A stretch of 26,180 nt of DNA from a virus (Duplodnaviria > Heunggongvirae > Uroviricota > Caudoviricetes), in IMG/VR virus record IMGVR_UViG_2698536580_000004, positions 1 to 26,180 of that record. One strand, 5' to 3'. A model generated the notes under the pieces. It saw nothing but the letters and a program-made list of their open reading frames with translations, ran no database searches and was not told the origin of the DNA. Made by a program: the position numbers and the translations under genes. Shown here piece by piece: positions 1-7,403 of this stretch (positions are counted from its first letter, which is position 1; each line of letters starts with the position of its first letter).

Positions 1-873
1 TCAGTCAGATAATCTGGGGCGAAGTGAGCATATGTCATTGTTTGCTCGATTGTTGTATGACCCAAAATACGCTGTAGCGTGATGATATTCCCTCCGTTGA
101 TCATGAAATGTGTTGCGAAGGTATGGCGTAAAACATGCAGTATCGAACAATTTCCCCGATTTGCGTGTAAGGATGTAGTCCGCGATTTCCTTCGATATCG
201 GAACAGTACGAGCTGGGCCGGTTTTGGTCTTAACAAAGGTCACACGGTTACTTATCACGTTTTCAGCTTTAAGATTACTGGCTTCACCCCATCGTGCTCC
301 TGTATTCAGGCAAAGAACGACAACTCTGCGATCATCCCCTGTAAGGGCATTCAGCAAATGGTGGATCTCTTCTTCGGACAGAAAGGACATTTCTGTGTTT
401 TCCAGACGTAACTTCTTCACGGCGCGAAACGGGTTTTCGTGATGAAATTCTTCCATATCTATCAGCAAACTGAACATGCTGGACATGGAACAGAAATCCC
501 TGTTTACCGTGCCAGCGGACACTCCACTATGAAGTCGTTCTGCACGATATTTCATCAGAAAGTTGCGGGTAAGCTCGTACACTCTGGGTTCGGCCATTTC
601 GCGGTTGATTTTTTCCAGACGCTTTTTATATGAGTCACCATAGTTGTGATTCTTTCCATGGTAGCTCCACCATAAAGAAATTAACTCGGATACAAGCCTC
701 CTGTCTGCGGGTTTGTCCTGCCATTCTTTATCGTGAAAGTTTGTCAGTACATATCGCTCGTATGCCTGTGCTTCCGCCTTTCTGTCAAATTTGCGTCGAA
801 TCCTTCTTCCTGTGGTTCCGCGCGGTCTAACGTCCACTTCAAAACGACCATCATCAAGCTTCTTAATCGACAT
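1..873 (-). CDS. int: tyrosine integrase (P2-like), 3' part disrupted; annotated frame stops at window position 1
   Basis: ORF-track frame encodes box-I-like NTGARWGEASNL and FVKTKTGPARTVPIS. Start at ATG 873 (MSIKK) is preceded by GGAGGG 7 nt upstream; the track start at 900 is an alternative. The catalytic box II is in another frame (see findings). Confidence 0.7.
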   Translation of the reverse strand: MSIKKLDDGRFEVDVRPRGTTGRRIRRKFDRKAEAQAYERYVLTNFHDKEWQDKPADRRLVSELISLWWSYHGKNHNYGDSYKKRLEKINREMAEPRVYELTRNFLMKYRAERLHSGVSAGTVNRDFCSMSSMFSLLIDMEEFHHENPFRAVKKLRLENTEMSFLSEEEIHHLLNALTGDDRRVVVLCLNTGARWGEASNLKAENVISNRVTFVKTKTGPARTVPISKEIADYILTRKSGKLFDTACFTPYLRNTFHDQRREYHHATAYFGSYNNRANNDICSLRPRLSD

Positions 874-939
874 AGCGAAGCCCTCCGATGTATGAATCAT
901 TATGTAAATTTTGCGCTAACGCATAGAAAAACCAGATGT

Positions 940-1248
940 TTAGCCAGTTTTTCGGGGTGAACGGGATGATGTTGTGTTGTCGTGCCCATCAGGGGAGAGA
1001 GACGGGGATACCTGCCCCGCGCTCGGTGCTGTCTTATCTGTCATTAACCAGAGTGTGTATTTTTCGAATCGTGGGTGTTTTAGTATCACATCAATAATTG
1101 CTAGCCCTGCCTCTCTTTGGCCACTTTCATAGTTTTTAACCGTACTCAAAGCAATGCCAATCATCTCCGAGAAGGATGATTGCGTTAGCCCTTCAGCCTT
1201 CCTGATTTGTCGCAATTTCTGAGCATGAGTCCTTGACGAGGTATTCAT
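940..1248 (-). CDS. C: immunity repressor, P2 C-type (HTH)
   Basis: 102 aa; C-terminal half (KYTLWLMT...SPRKTG) and length resemble the P2 C repressor as I recall it; divergent from the cox-like gene. Confidence 0.7.
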   Translation of the reverse strand: MNTSSRTHAQKLRQIRKAEGLTQSSFSEMIGIALSTVKNYESGQREAGLAIIDVILKHPRFEKYTLWLMTDKTAPSAGQVSPSLSPDGHDNTTSSRSPRKTG

Positions 1249-1349
1249 GTGTAGACTATCCTTGCGTTAGGTCTTCCGCGGAAGACCAAAACAAACCCTA
1301 GAACGACTTAAAGCGCCCTAGGAACCCAAACTAACGGAGGATACCACAG
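1249..1349. promoter_or_regulatory. lysogeny/lytic switch region with divergent promoters and candidate operators
   Basis: 101-bp gap between divergent repressor and cox starts; perfect 18-bp palindrome GGTCTTCCGCGGAAGACC at 1270-1287; direct repeats CCCTAGAAC (1296-1304) and CCCTAGGAAC (1316-1325) 20 bp apart; GGAGG at 1336-1340 before cox ATG 1350. Confidence 0.55.
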
Positions 1350-1631
1350 ATGAAGGAACCAGCAGAAAAGGCGCTTTCAGAGTTGGTGACCCCTGAGCTT
1401 TTTGCCGAATATATAGGCAAAACGCCTGCTGCAATTCGCAAAATGGCCACGGCTGGAAAACTGCCGGTAATCCGCATGAAAGACCCTCTAAATCCATCAA
1501 AAAAAGGTGGGGAAATCTATATCCATCGGGGGGAATGGGATGCTTATGCCCTTCATTTGGCTCAAATTGCCCCGCCTGAATGGCATGACTGGAAGAACCG
1601 TTTATTCACGAAAGATAAAAGTGCTCGTTAG
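1350..1631 (+). CDS. cox: Cox-like excisionase/transcriptional regulator
   Basis: 93 aa; motif FAEYIGKTPAAIRKMATAGKLPVIRMKDP matches the P2 Cox pattern (...GKLPVI.M.DP); position divergent from the repressor. Confidence 0.7.
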   Translation: MKEPAEKALSELVTPELFAEYIGKTPAAIRKMATAGKLPVIRMKDPLNPSKKGGEIYIHRGEWDAYALHLAQIAPPEWHDWKNRLFTKDKSAR

Positions 1632-1657
1632 TAAACTAAATATTATTGGGGATTATC

Positions 1658-1993
1658 ATGAAGACTAAATACGCCACTCTTATTCGTAACCTGTTGCAGA
1701 GTTACCATGCTCAGGCAAACGCTATTGAAAAAGAAACGTTCTCTGTCCATAGCGATGGCTTGCAGTTAATGGAATTGAATATCCAGCTTGCGAAATGTCT
1801 TGAGGGAATTACTTCTACTGCCCGTTTTAATAACGACAGTGATGATTTTGAAGAGTTGCACAAGATTACGCTTATGGTGTTTGGTGGGAATATACCAACT
1901 GAAAATAAAATTTCCGGCCTTATGTCGCTTGCTACCACAGCGTTAAAAAGTAATAACTCGCATCTTAAATCTGTTGCAGCTTCCCAACGTTAA
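1658..1993 (+). CDS. hypothetical early protein
   Basis: ORF-track frame 1646-1993 begins at TTG; first ATG at 1658 (MKTKYAT) has a GGGGA-type SD a few nt upstream. No motif recognised. Confidence 0.5.
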   Translation: MKTKYATLIRNLLQSYHAQANAIEKETFSVHSDGLQLMELNIQLAKCLEGITSTARFNNDSDDFEELHKITLMVFGGNIPTENKISGLMSLATTALKSNNSHLKSVAASQR

Positions 1994-2002
1994 GGAGCCG
2001 AT

Positions 2003-2572
2003 ATGAAACATTTAATGATTGACCTTGAAACAATGGATAATAAACCGACTTCTGCGATTGCTTCTATCGGTGCTGTGTTCTTTGACCCTGAAACTGGCGA
2101 AATGGGTGAGCAGTTTTATCAACGTGTCAGCCTGGGCAGTTGTGTAGGCCACGGTCTCACTATGGGTTCAGAAACCGTATTATGGTGGATGCGTCAGGAT
2201 GCCGAAGCGCGTAGCGAGCTGCTTAATGATGATTGCCTGGACTTGCCTCTGGCTTTAGCGAATCTGGAAGCCTTTATTACTGAGCATTCTGACCCATCTA
2301 AAGTGCAGGTATGGGGGAATGGTGCGGCGTTCGACAATGTTATTTTACGTAATGCATCAGATAAATGCGGGTTTGCCGATCCACTTTGGTACTACTGGAA
2401 TGACCGTGATGTAAGAACGGTTGTTGAACTTTCAAAAACACTTGGGCTGAATGTTCGTAATATTATTAAGTTTGATGGTGTTAAACATCACGCTTTATAT
2501 GATGCCATTCATCAGGCTAAAGTTGTTTCTTATGTCTGGATGTACCTTGTAAAAATAGCTAGTGTGAAATGA
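2003..2572 (+). CDS. DEDDh-family 3'-5' exonuclease (DnaQ/RNase T-like fold)
   Basis: 189 aa; N-terminal MIDLETMD (Exo I, D-x-E), mid NGAAFD, C-terminal HHALYDA (H-x4-D) fit DEDDh exonuclease motifs; strong SD AAGGAG before the ATG. Confidence 0.7.
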   Translation: MKHLMIDLETMDNKPTSAIASIGAVFFDPETGEMGEQFYQRVSLGSCVGHGLTMGSETVLWWMRQDAEARSELLNDDCLDLPLALANLEAFITEHSDPSKVQVWGNGAAFDNVILRNASDKCGFADPLWYYWNDRDVRTVVELSKTLGLNVRNIIKFDGVKHHALYDAIHQAKVVSYVWMYLVKIASVK

Positions 2573-2793
2573 CGATGCTTACAGTGACCTCTCATGCAAG
2601 TGAAAGTGTCATAGCAAAGGCATTTTCTGTGCTGACGGAATATTACAGCGGCAAAAAAGTATATCAGGTTATAAAACCGCATCATTATTTTTCTGTGCAT
2701 GTCTCTTATCGCTGGCGATTATTGAGTAAAGATAGGGGGCGGCATTGGGAGTTAATGACGCATGAGCGATATAACAAACAATACCGAATATAG
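2569..2793 (+). CDS. hypothetical protein
   Basis: 74-aa ORF whose ATG overlaps the exonuclease stop (ATGA); no motif recognised. Confidence 0.4.
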   Translation: MTMLTVTSHASESVIAKAFSVLTEYYSGKKVYQVIKPHHYFSVHVSYRWRLLSKDRGRHWELMTHERYNKQYRI

Positions 2794-2831
2794 TTTTTTG
2801 CCTTTTATACCTTTCTACATCTGGATTAATT

Positions 2832-5489
2832 ATGAATGCCACAATACAGCAGGACGTTGTGCGCCGGCTCGTTCAGGATTTTGAATTTAAAGAACGGGAT
2901 AAATATTTGCAGCAGGGCGTTTGCCCTAAATGCCATAAACGCGAATTATTCACCAGTATAGAAAAGCCCTGGATACTGAAGTGCGGCCGTGAAAACAACT
3001 GCGGCCATCAGGTCGTTGTCAAAGAGCAGTATCCTGAAATCTTTGAGGACTGGTCTAAGCGGTACCAGGACACCCCTGAAACCCCACATGCCGCTGCTGA
3101 GGCGTACCTGCGTGAGGCGCGGGGGCTGGATACTGAACCGCTAAAAGGTTGCTTTACTCAGGGCGCGTTCGTGAAGGATGGCATGGGGTCGGCAACGGTC
3201 AGATTTTCGCTGTCATGCGGTGCAACATGGGAGCGCATCATTGACCAGCCGCAGCGCTTTGGTAAGCAGAAAGCGAACATCAGAGGCAGCTATGTTGGTC
3301 ACTGGTGGGTTCCGCCTTCTGTGAACCTGCTGGAAGTGGATGAAATCTGGATCACTGAGGGAATCTTCAACGCACTGAGTCTGTGCCAGGCAGGGTTTCC
3401 TGCAGTTGCCACACTGAGCAGTAACAACTATCCGCTGGCCGCACTGGATTCGCTGGCCAAAGAACTGGGTGAAAAACCACGTCCACGTCTTGTATGGGCG
3501 TTTGACGGCGATAAAGCCGGCACAAAGCACACGCTGGCGTTCGCTGCCCGTAGTGATGCTGCAGGATGGAAAACCCGTGCCGCGCAGCCGGTGAAATCAT
3601 CGGCATCGCTGGACTGGAATGACCTGTTGTTACGTAACCGGTTCAGTAAGTCGGACATTAAAAATTATCGCTACTATGGCGATCTCCTTCTGGCAAAAAG
3701 CCCGACTGAGAAAGCCCTTCTTATGCATCAGCACAATGAATGGCACTCGTTTTATTTCGAACATGGTTCCCGCATGTACTGGTTTGAGCTGGATCTGGAC
3801 AGGTACATGCGAGCCTATGAGCGCATCACCAATACCGGTACCGAAGTGGTGATGGAGTGGGAGGCAAAAGAACGGGCGGTTAAAGAGTCAGGCGGTGTGA
3901 CCGAAATTGCCAACTGCTGGCTGACGCCGCTTTATTTCCAGCGGTCTGAACCTACAGACGAGTCCTGGTATTACGTGAAGGTCAGTATGCCGAACCGGCC
4001 AGCCGTGAAAGATACTTTTACGGCTAATCAGCTCACCAGTTCCGCCGAGTTCAAAAAGCGTCTTCTGCATATCGCCAAGGGGGCGGTGTATACCGGCAGT
4101 ACCAAACAGCTGGATAAGTTCATCCAGATGCGCCTCCCTGAAATCAAAGAAGTTAAGACGCAGAATTTCATTGGATACAACAAAGATTATGCCGCCTGGC
4201 TATTTAACCGTGTGGCCGTGTGTGATGGCCGGCTGTATGAGATGAACGACGAGGATTATTTCGAAATCAACAGCGCCAGCGTTAAGAGCCTGAGCCTCAC
4301 GCCGGCGCTGGATCTGAATCCGAAGCTGAACGAATTCACCACGGGCTGGGTTGACGATATCTGGACAGCGTTTGGTGAAAAAGGGTATGTGGCGCTGGCG
4401 TTCTGGCTGGGGTCGCTGTTCGCTGAGCAAATCCGGGAGCGTGACAAGTCATTTCCGTTTCTGGAAATCGTGGGCGAGCCGGGGACAGGTAAATCCACGC
4501 TGATAGAATTTCTCTGGAAGCTCGCCGGCCGTGAGGAATACGAAGGGTTTGATCCTTCTAAATCAACAGCCGCAGCGCGTGGACGCAACTTTGCCCAGGT
4601 TGGCAACCTTCCGGTTGTGCTGATTGAGGGCGACCGCACCACGGATAACGCTAAACAACGCGCTTTTGACTGGGACGAGCTGAAATCACTGTATAACGGT
4701 CGTGCCTCCCGTGCCGTGGGTATCAAATCGAACAATAACGAGACGTATGAGCCGCCATTCAGGGGAAGCATTGTGATAGCGCAAAATGCCGACACAGACG
4801 GCAGCAAGGCCTTTCTGGAGCGTATCATCCACATCTATACCGACAAGCGCGGCCAGTCCATTCAGACCCGCTACGCCGCCGAACGGCTTGAACAGATACC
4901 CGTTAGTCAGGTATCCGGGTTCACACTGCTGGCCACCATGCGTGAAAAAGAAATCATGAAGGTGTTCGGTCAGGGCTACGAACGCGCCCGTAGTGAGCTG
5001 GAGTCCAATACCAGTATTCGCCATATTCGTATCGCCAAAAACCACGCGCAACTGGTTGGTCTGCTGGATGCGCTGGCGTTGGTTGTACCAGTACCGATGG
5101 AACGTATTGAGAAGACCCGCGATGCAATTACCGCGCTGGCCGTGGAACGGTGTCAGGCGCTTAAAAAGGATCACCCTCTGGTGCAGGAATTCTGGGAGCT
5201 GTTTGATTACCTGGATGAACTTGCACCTTATGGCATCAATCATTCATCAGATGAAAATGAAATCGCGGTTAACTTCAATCACATGGAAGAGGTAGCCGCA
5301 GCACACCGGCAGCGTATTCCGTTCACATTAACGGAAATTAAAAAGCTGCTTAAAAACGGTAATGAACGGCGGTTCATCAGACAAAGTACCACGCGCAGCG
5401 CGGTAAGTGAGCGCCATAATCGTGGTAAAGGGGATATGCAACGGATGCCGGAAACATTCCGCTGCTGGATATTTAATAGAGAAAAGTAG
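2832..5489 (+). CDS. replication primase-helicase (zinc ribbon + TOPRIM + P-loop NTPase; P4 alpha-like architecture)
   Basis: 885 aa. N-terminal CPKCHKRE...LKCGRENNCGH zinc ribbon; TOPRIM-like WITEG (Glu) and WAFDGDKAG (DxD); Walker A GEPGTGKST followed by VVLIEGD. Confidence 0.75.
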   Translation: MNATIQQDVVRRLVQDFEFKERDKYLQQGVCPKCHKRELFTSIEKPWILKCGRENNCGHQVVVKEQYPEIFEDWSKRYQDTPETPHAAAEAYLREARGLDTEPLKGCFTQGAFVKDGMGSATVRFSLSCGATWERIIDQPQRFGKQKANIRGSYVGHWWVPPSVNLLEVDEIWITEGIFNALSLCQAGFPAVATLSSNNYPLAALDSLAKELGEKPRPRLVWAFDGDKAGTKHTLAFAARSDAAGWKTRAAQPVKSSASLDWNDLLLRNRFSKSDIKNYRYYGDLLLAKSPTEKALLMHQHNEWHSFYFEHGSRMYWFELDLDRYMRAYERITNTGTEVVMEWEAKERAVKESGGVTEIANCWLTPLYFQRSEPTDESWYYVKVSMPNRPAVKDTFTANQLTSSAEFKKRLLHIAKGAVYTGSTKQLDKFIQMRLPEIKEVKTQNFIGYNKDYAAWLFNRVAVCDGRLYEMNDEDYFEINSASVKSLSLTPALDLNPKLNEFTTGWVDDIWTAFGEKGYVALAFWLGSLFAEQIRERDKSFPFLEIVGEPGTGKSTLIEFLWKLAGREEYEGFDPSKSTAAARGRNFAQVGNLPVVLIEGDRTTDNAKQRAFDWDELKSLYNGRASRAVGIKSNNNETYEPPFRGSIVIAQNADTDGSKAFLERIIHIYTDKRGQSIQTRYAAERLEQIPVSQVSGFTLLATMREKEIMKVFGQGYERARSELESNTSIRHIRIAKNHAQLVGLLDALALVVPVPMERIEKTRDAITALAVERCQALKKDHPLVQEFWELFDYLDELAPYGINHSSDENEIAVNFNHMEEVAAAHRQRIPFTLTEIKKLLKNGNERRFIRQSTTRSAVSERHNRGKGDMQRMPETFRCWIFNREK

Positions 5490-5520
5490 GAGGAAAGTTC
5501 TATGTGTGATTGCTTAAAAC

Positions 5521-5778
5521 ATGTCGGTAATGCAGTTAAAACTCGTCTGCTTGAAAAAAGTACCTGAAGGAGCGGAAGTATTTGAGGGATTCGAGACGGG
5601 GTGGGATAACTCTGTATTTTTTCTTTCTAGTGGTCGTATTCATGTAAATATGCGCTATAAGATGGCATTCAGGGCGAAAAAGAAAAATGGTGACATGGCA
5701 AAGAACCTTACTCATCTGGAGTGCAGTGTTGCGATGGCATATTGCCCGTTTTGTGGTGAAAAAGAGAACGCCTTATGA
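5521..5778 (+). CDS. hypothetical small protein (coding status uncertain)
   Basis: 85-aa ORF in the AT-rich segment after the primase gene; no SD at its ATG; contains a T-rich low-complexity stretch; C-terminal CPFCGE. May instead be non-coding (possible cos region). Confidence 0.3.
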   Translation: MSVMQLKLVCLKKVPEGAEVFEGFETGWDNSVFFLSSGRIHVNMRYKMAFRAKKKNGDMAKNLTHLECSVAMAYCPFCGEKENAL

Positions 5779-6026
5779 AACAGGATTATTATTCGTATGA
5801 GGAATTGCTGATGGGGATGTTTAATATCGGTGATGAACTTTATGAAACGACTGATTTTGATGAACTGACGATGGAACATTTTGAAGTCAGTTTTGAGCAG
5901 TTTGCTAATATTGTCGATGCCTTATTGCCATTTACAGCTTTGGTTTGCTCTCCTTTAAGTGGAAGAAATTATCACGCATTTCTTAAAGATGGCATTGCCT
6001 TTATTAAGACTGAGGCCAGTGTGTAA
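5775..6026 (+). CDS. hypothetical small acidic protein
   Basis: 83-aa ORF, ATG overlaps the stop of the upstream ORF (ATGA); followed immediately by a terminator hairpin. Confidence 0.4.
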   Translation: MKQDYYSYEELLMGMFNIGDELYETTDFDELTMEHFEVSFEQFANIVDALLPFTALVCSPLSGRNYHAFLKDGIAFIKTEASV

Positions 6027-6032
6027 AAAGTA

Positions 6033-6055
6033 AGGCACCAGTTGGTGCCTTTTTC
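6033..6055. terminator. bidirectional rho-independent terminator between convergent genes
   Basis: Hairpin AGGCACC-AGTT-GGTGCCT (6033-6050) followed by TTTTC on the plus strand and preceded by AAAAAG (T-run on the minus strand); sits between the stops of convergent genes. Confidence 0.7.
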
Positions 6056-6384
6056 TAAGCAGCTGCTGTGCCGTCCTGACTTAAAAACTTGAGCATCAGC
6101 TGTTTTTGCTGCATATCAAGGCTGTTGCAGATAGTGGCGATCAACGCATCGCAGGATTTGGCGCTGGGGCTGATGGTATGTGAGAATGTCATATTCATCA
6201 CAAAAGTGTGACCACATTCAACATCGGTACACGCACAATATAAATCCGACAGTTCCTTGTGTTTTCGGGCTGTTTTTTTGATAACAGCCCTTGCCTCACA
6301 TACCGGACAGTAAACCTTCATTACCCGCATATCCATCGCTCCGGAAGTTGGAAAACGATGATATTTTAGCCTTTTTGCGGACAT
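6055..6384 (-). CDS. ogr: Ogr/Delta-like zinc-finger late-gene transcriptional activator (extended)
   Basis: CPVC-x20-CAC-x4-C with HTF after the last Cys, matching the P2 Ogr four-Cys arrangement; 109 aa as called, possible internal starts (MDMRV or MKVY); first ATG overlaps the portal stop (TAATG). Confidence 0.65.
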   Translation of the reverse strand: MSAKRLKYHRFPTSGAMDMRVMKVYCPVCEARAVIKKTARKHKELSDLYCACTDVECGHTFVMNMTFSHTISPSAKSCDALIATICNSLDMQQKQLMLKFLSQDGTAAA

Positions 6385-7403
6385 TAATCACCTTCCAGCT
6401 CACTGTCTTTCAGGAAATTAAGGTACAGGTGGGGCGGTACATCACTTTCCTGTTCCACTGCGGCGGTAAACATGCGCTGAATGGGCAAAATCTCTGCTTT
6501 GCGGTAGGTTTTGGCCGCTTTCTCAACATCTCCCATTACTGCGCCGTTCGTCGGGATAATCCCCGCCAGTCCTGCCGGGAATCGATGCGCGGTCAGTACG
6601 TCCTGGGCGCTGATGCTCTTGATGTTCTGAAACTCATCTTTGGCGCTGATATCACCAATCGGGATAAATTTGATGCCGTCCGGATCGCCTTTGGGGATGT
6701 TCACAAACATGGTGCTGAAGTTCCCGATCCCCTTTGACTGCTCCAGCTTCTGAATAATTTCTTCTTCCACTTCATCAGTCATATTTGGGTCGTTACAGTA
6801 GATCATACCACCTGTGTGTCCGCCGTTATGGTAGTAACGCCGACGAAAAATTGTTGCCTCACCGTTAAGCAGGGCAGAATGGATACCGCTGATATAATCT
6901 GGCAGACCATAAATCGCCTGTTGCGGATCGTACTGCCTGAGAAAAATAATATCTTCAGGCGGATAAATCATCGGTTCACCCTGCTGCAGTACCACAAACT
7001 CCCCGGTCTTACGCTGGCGGGTATAGAGTGCCGGCAGCGGGTACAGTGCCACCACATCCCCCCAGCCGTTACGCACTTTCAGAATGGCCACATCACCGAA
7101 GGTCAGCCAGTCGAACACGGCTGCACCAAGCTGTTCATGCGTCAGTCCGCCGTCTTTATAGTTTGCCGTCACCATATTGCGACGGGCATACAGCACACCG
7201 CCGTGCTGCGCGTTCAGGTTCACCAGTTGCGCCAGCGCCAGCCGGTCAATCGGGAGCGTCCAGTGTTCCGCTTCATTGTCATACCAGACGTCTGTGTAGT
7301 TTGTGCCGGTCGTCAGAATGGGTTCCGGTTTACCCAGGGTAATAAGGCTCATATGGCGCGGCTTGCTGGCGGTGCGGCGTTCCCTGTATTTCCGTTTTTT
7401 CAT
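6384..7403 (-). CDS. Q: portal vertex protein (P2 gpQ-like)
   Basis: 339 aa; block YGLPDY...LLNGEATIFRRRYY...DGIKFIP...KDEFQNIK is typical of P2 Q portal proteins; adjacent to and co-oriented with the large terminase. Confidence 0.85.
   Translation of the reverse strand: MKKRKYRERRTASKPRHMSLITLGKPEPILTTGTNYTDVWYDNEAEHWTLPIDRLALAQLVNLNAQHGGVLYARRNMVTANYKDGGLTHEQLGAAVFDWLTFGDVAILKVRNGWGDVVALYPLPALYTRQRKTGEFVVLQQGEPMIYPPEDIIFLRQYDPQQAIYGLPDYISGIHSALLNGEATIFRRRYYHNGGHTGGMIYCNDPNMTDEVEEEIIQKLEQSKGIGNFSTMFVNIPKGDPDGIKFIPIGDISAKDEFQNIKSISAQDVLTAHRFPAGLAGIIPTNGAVMGDVEKAAKTYRKAEILPIQRMFTAAVEQESDVPPHLYLNFLKDSELEGD

Noticed and set aside
874-939. Possible terminator or hairpin between the integrase start and the repressor stop (CCAG...CCAG with T-run)
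   Set aside because: The repeats are direct, not inverted, so no stem can form; probably just the short spacer between co-transcribed repressor and integrase.
79-960. Several plus-strand ORFs of 64-110 aa overlapping the integrase
   Set aside because: Antisense to the integrase coding region; no recognisable features.
2794-2831. T-rich stretch after the 74-aa ORF as a possible terminator
   Set aside because: No convincing GC-rich stem precedes the T-run; more likely the promoter or SD region for the primase-helicase gene.
4256-5243. Minus-strand ORFs of 192 aa and 185 aa inside the primase-helicase gene
   Set aside because: Antisense to a gene with clear zinc-ribbon, TOPRIM and Walker A motifs; no independent signals.
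5502-5567. 21-codon ORF (MCDCLKHVGNAVKTRLLEKST) with the strongest SD in the cargo segment
   Set aside because: Too short to call a gene from sequence alone; kept only as part of the cargo-segment finding as a possible leader peptide or a chance ORF near cos.
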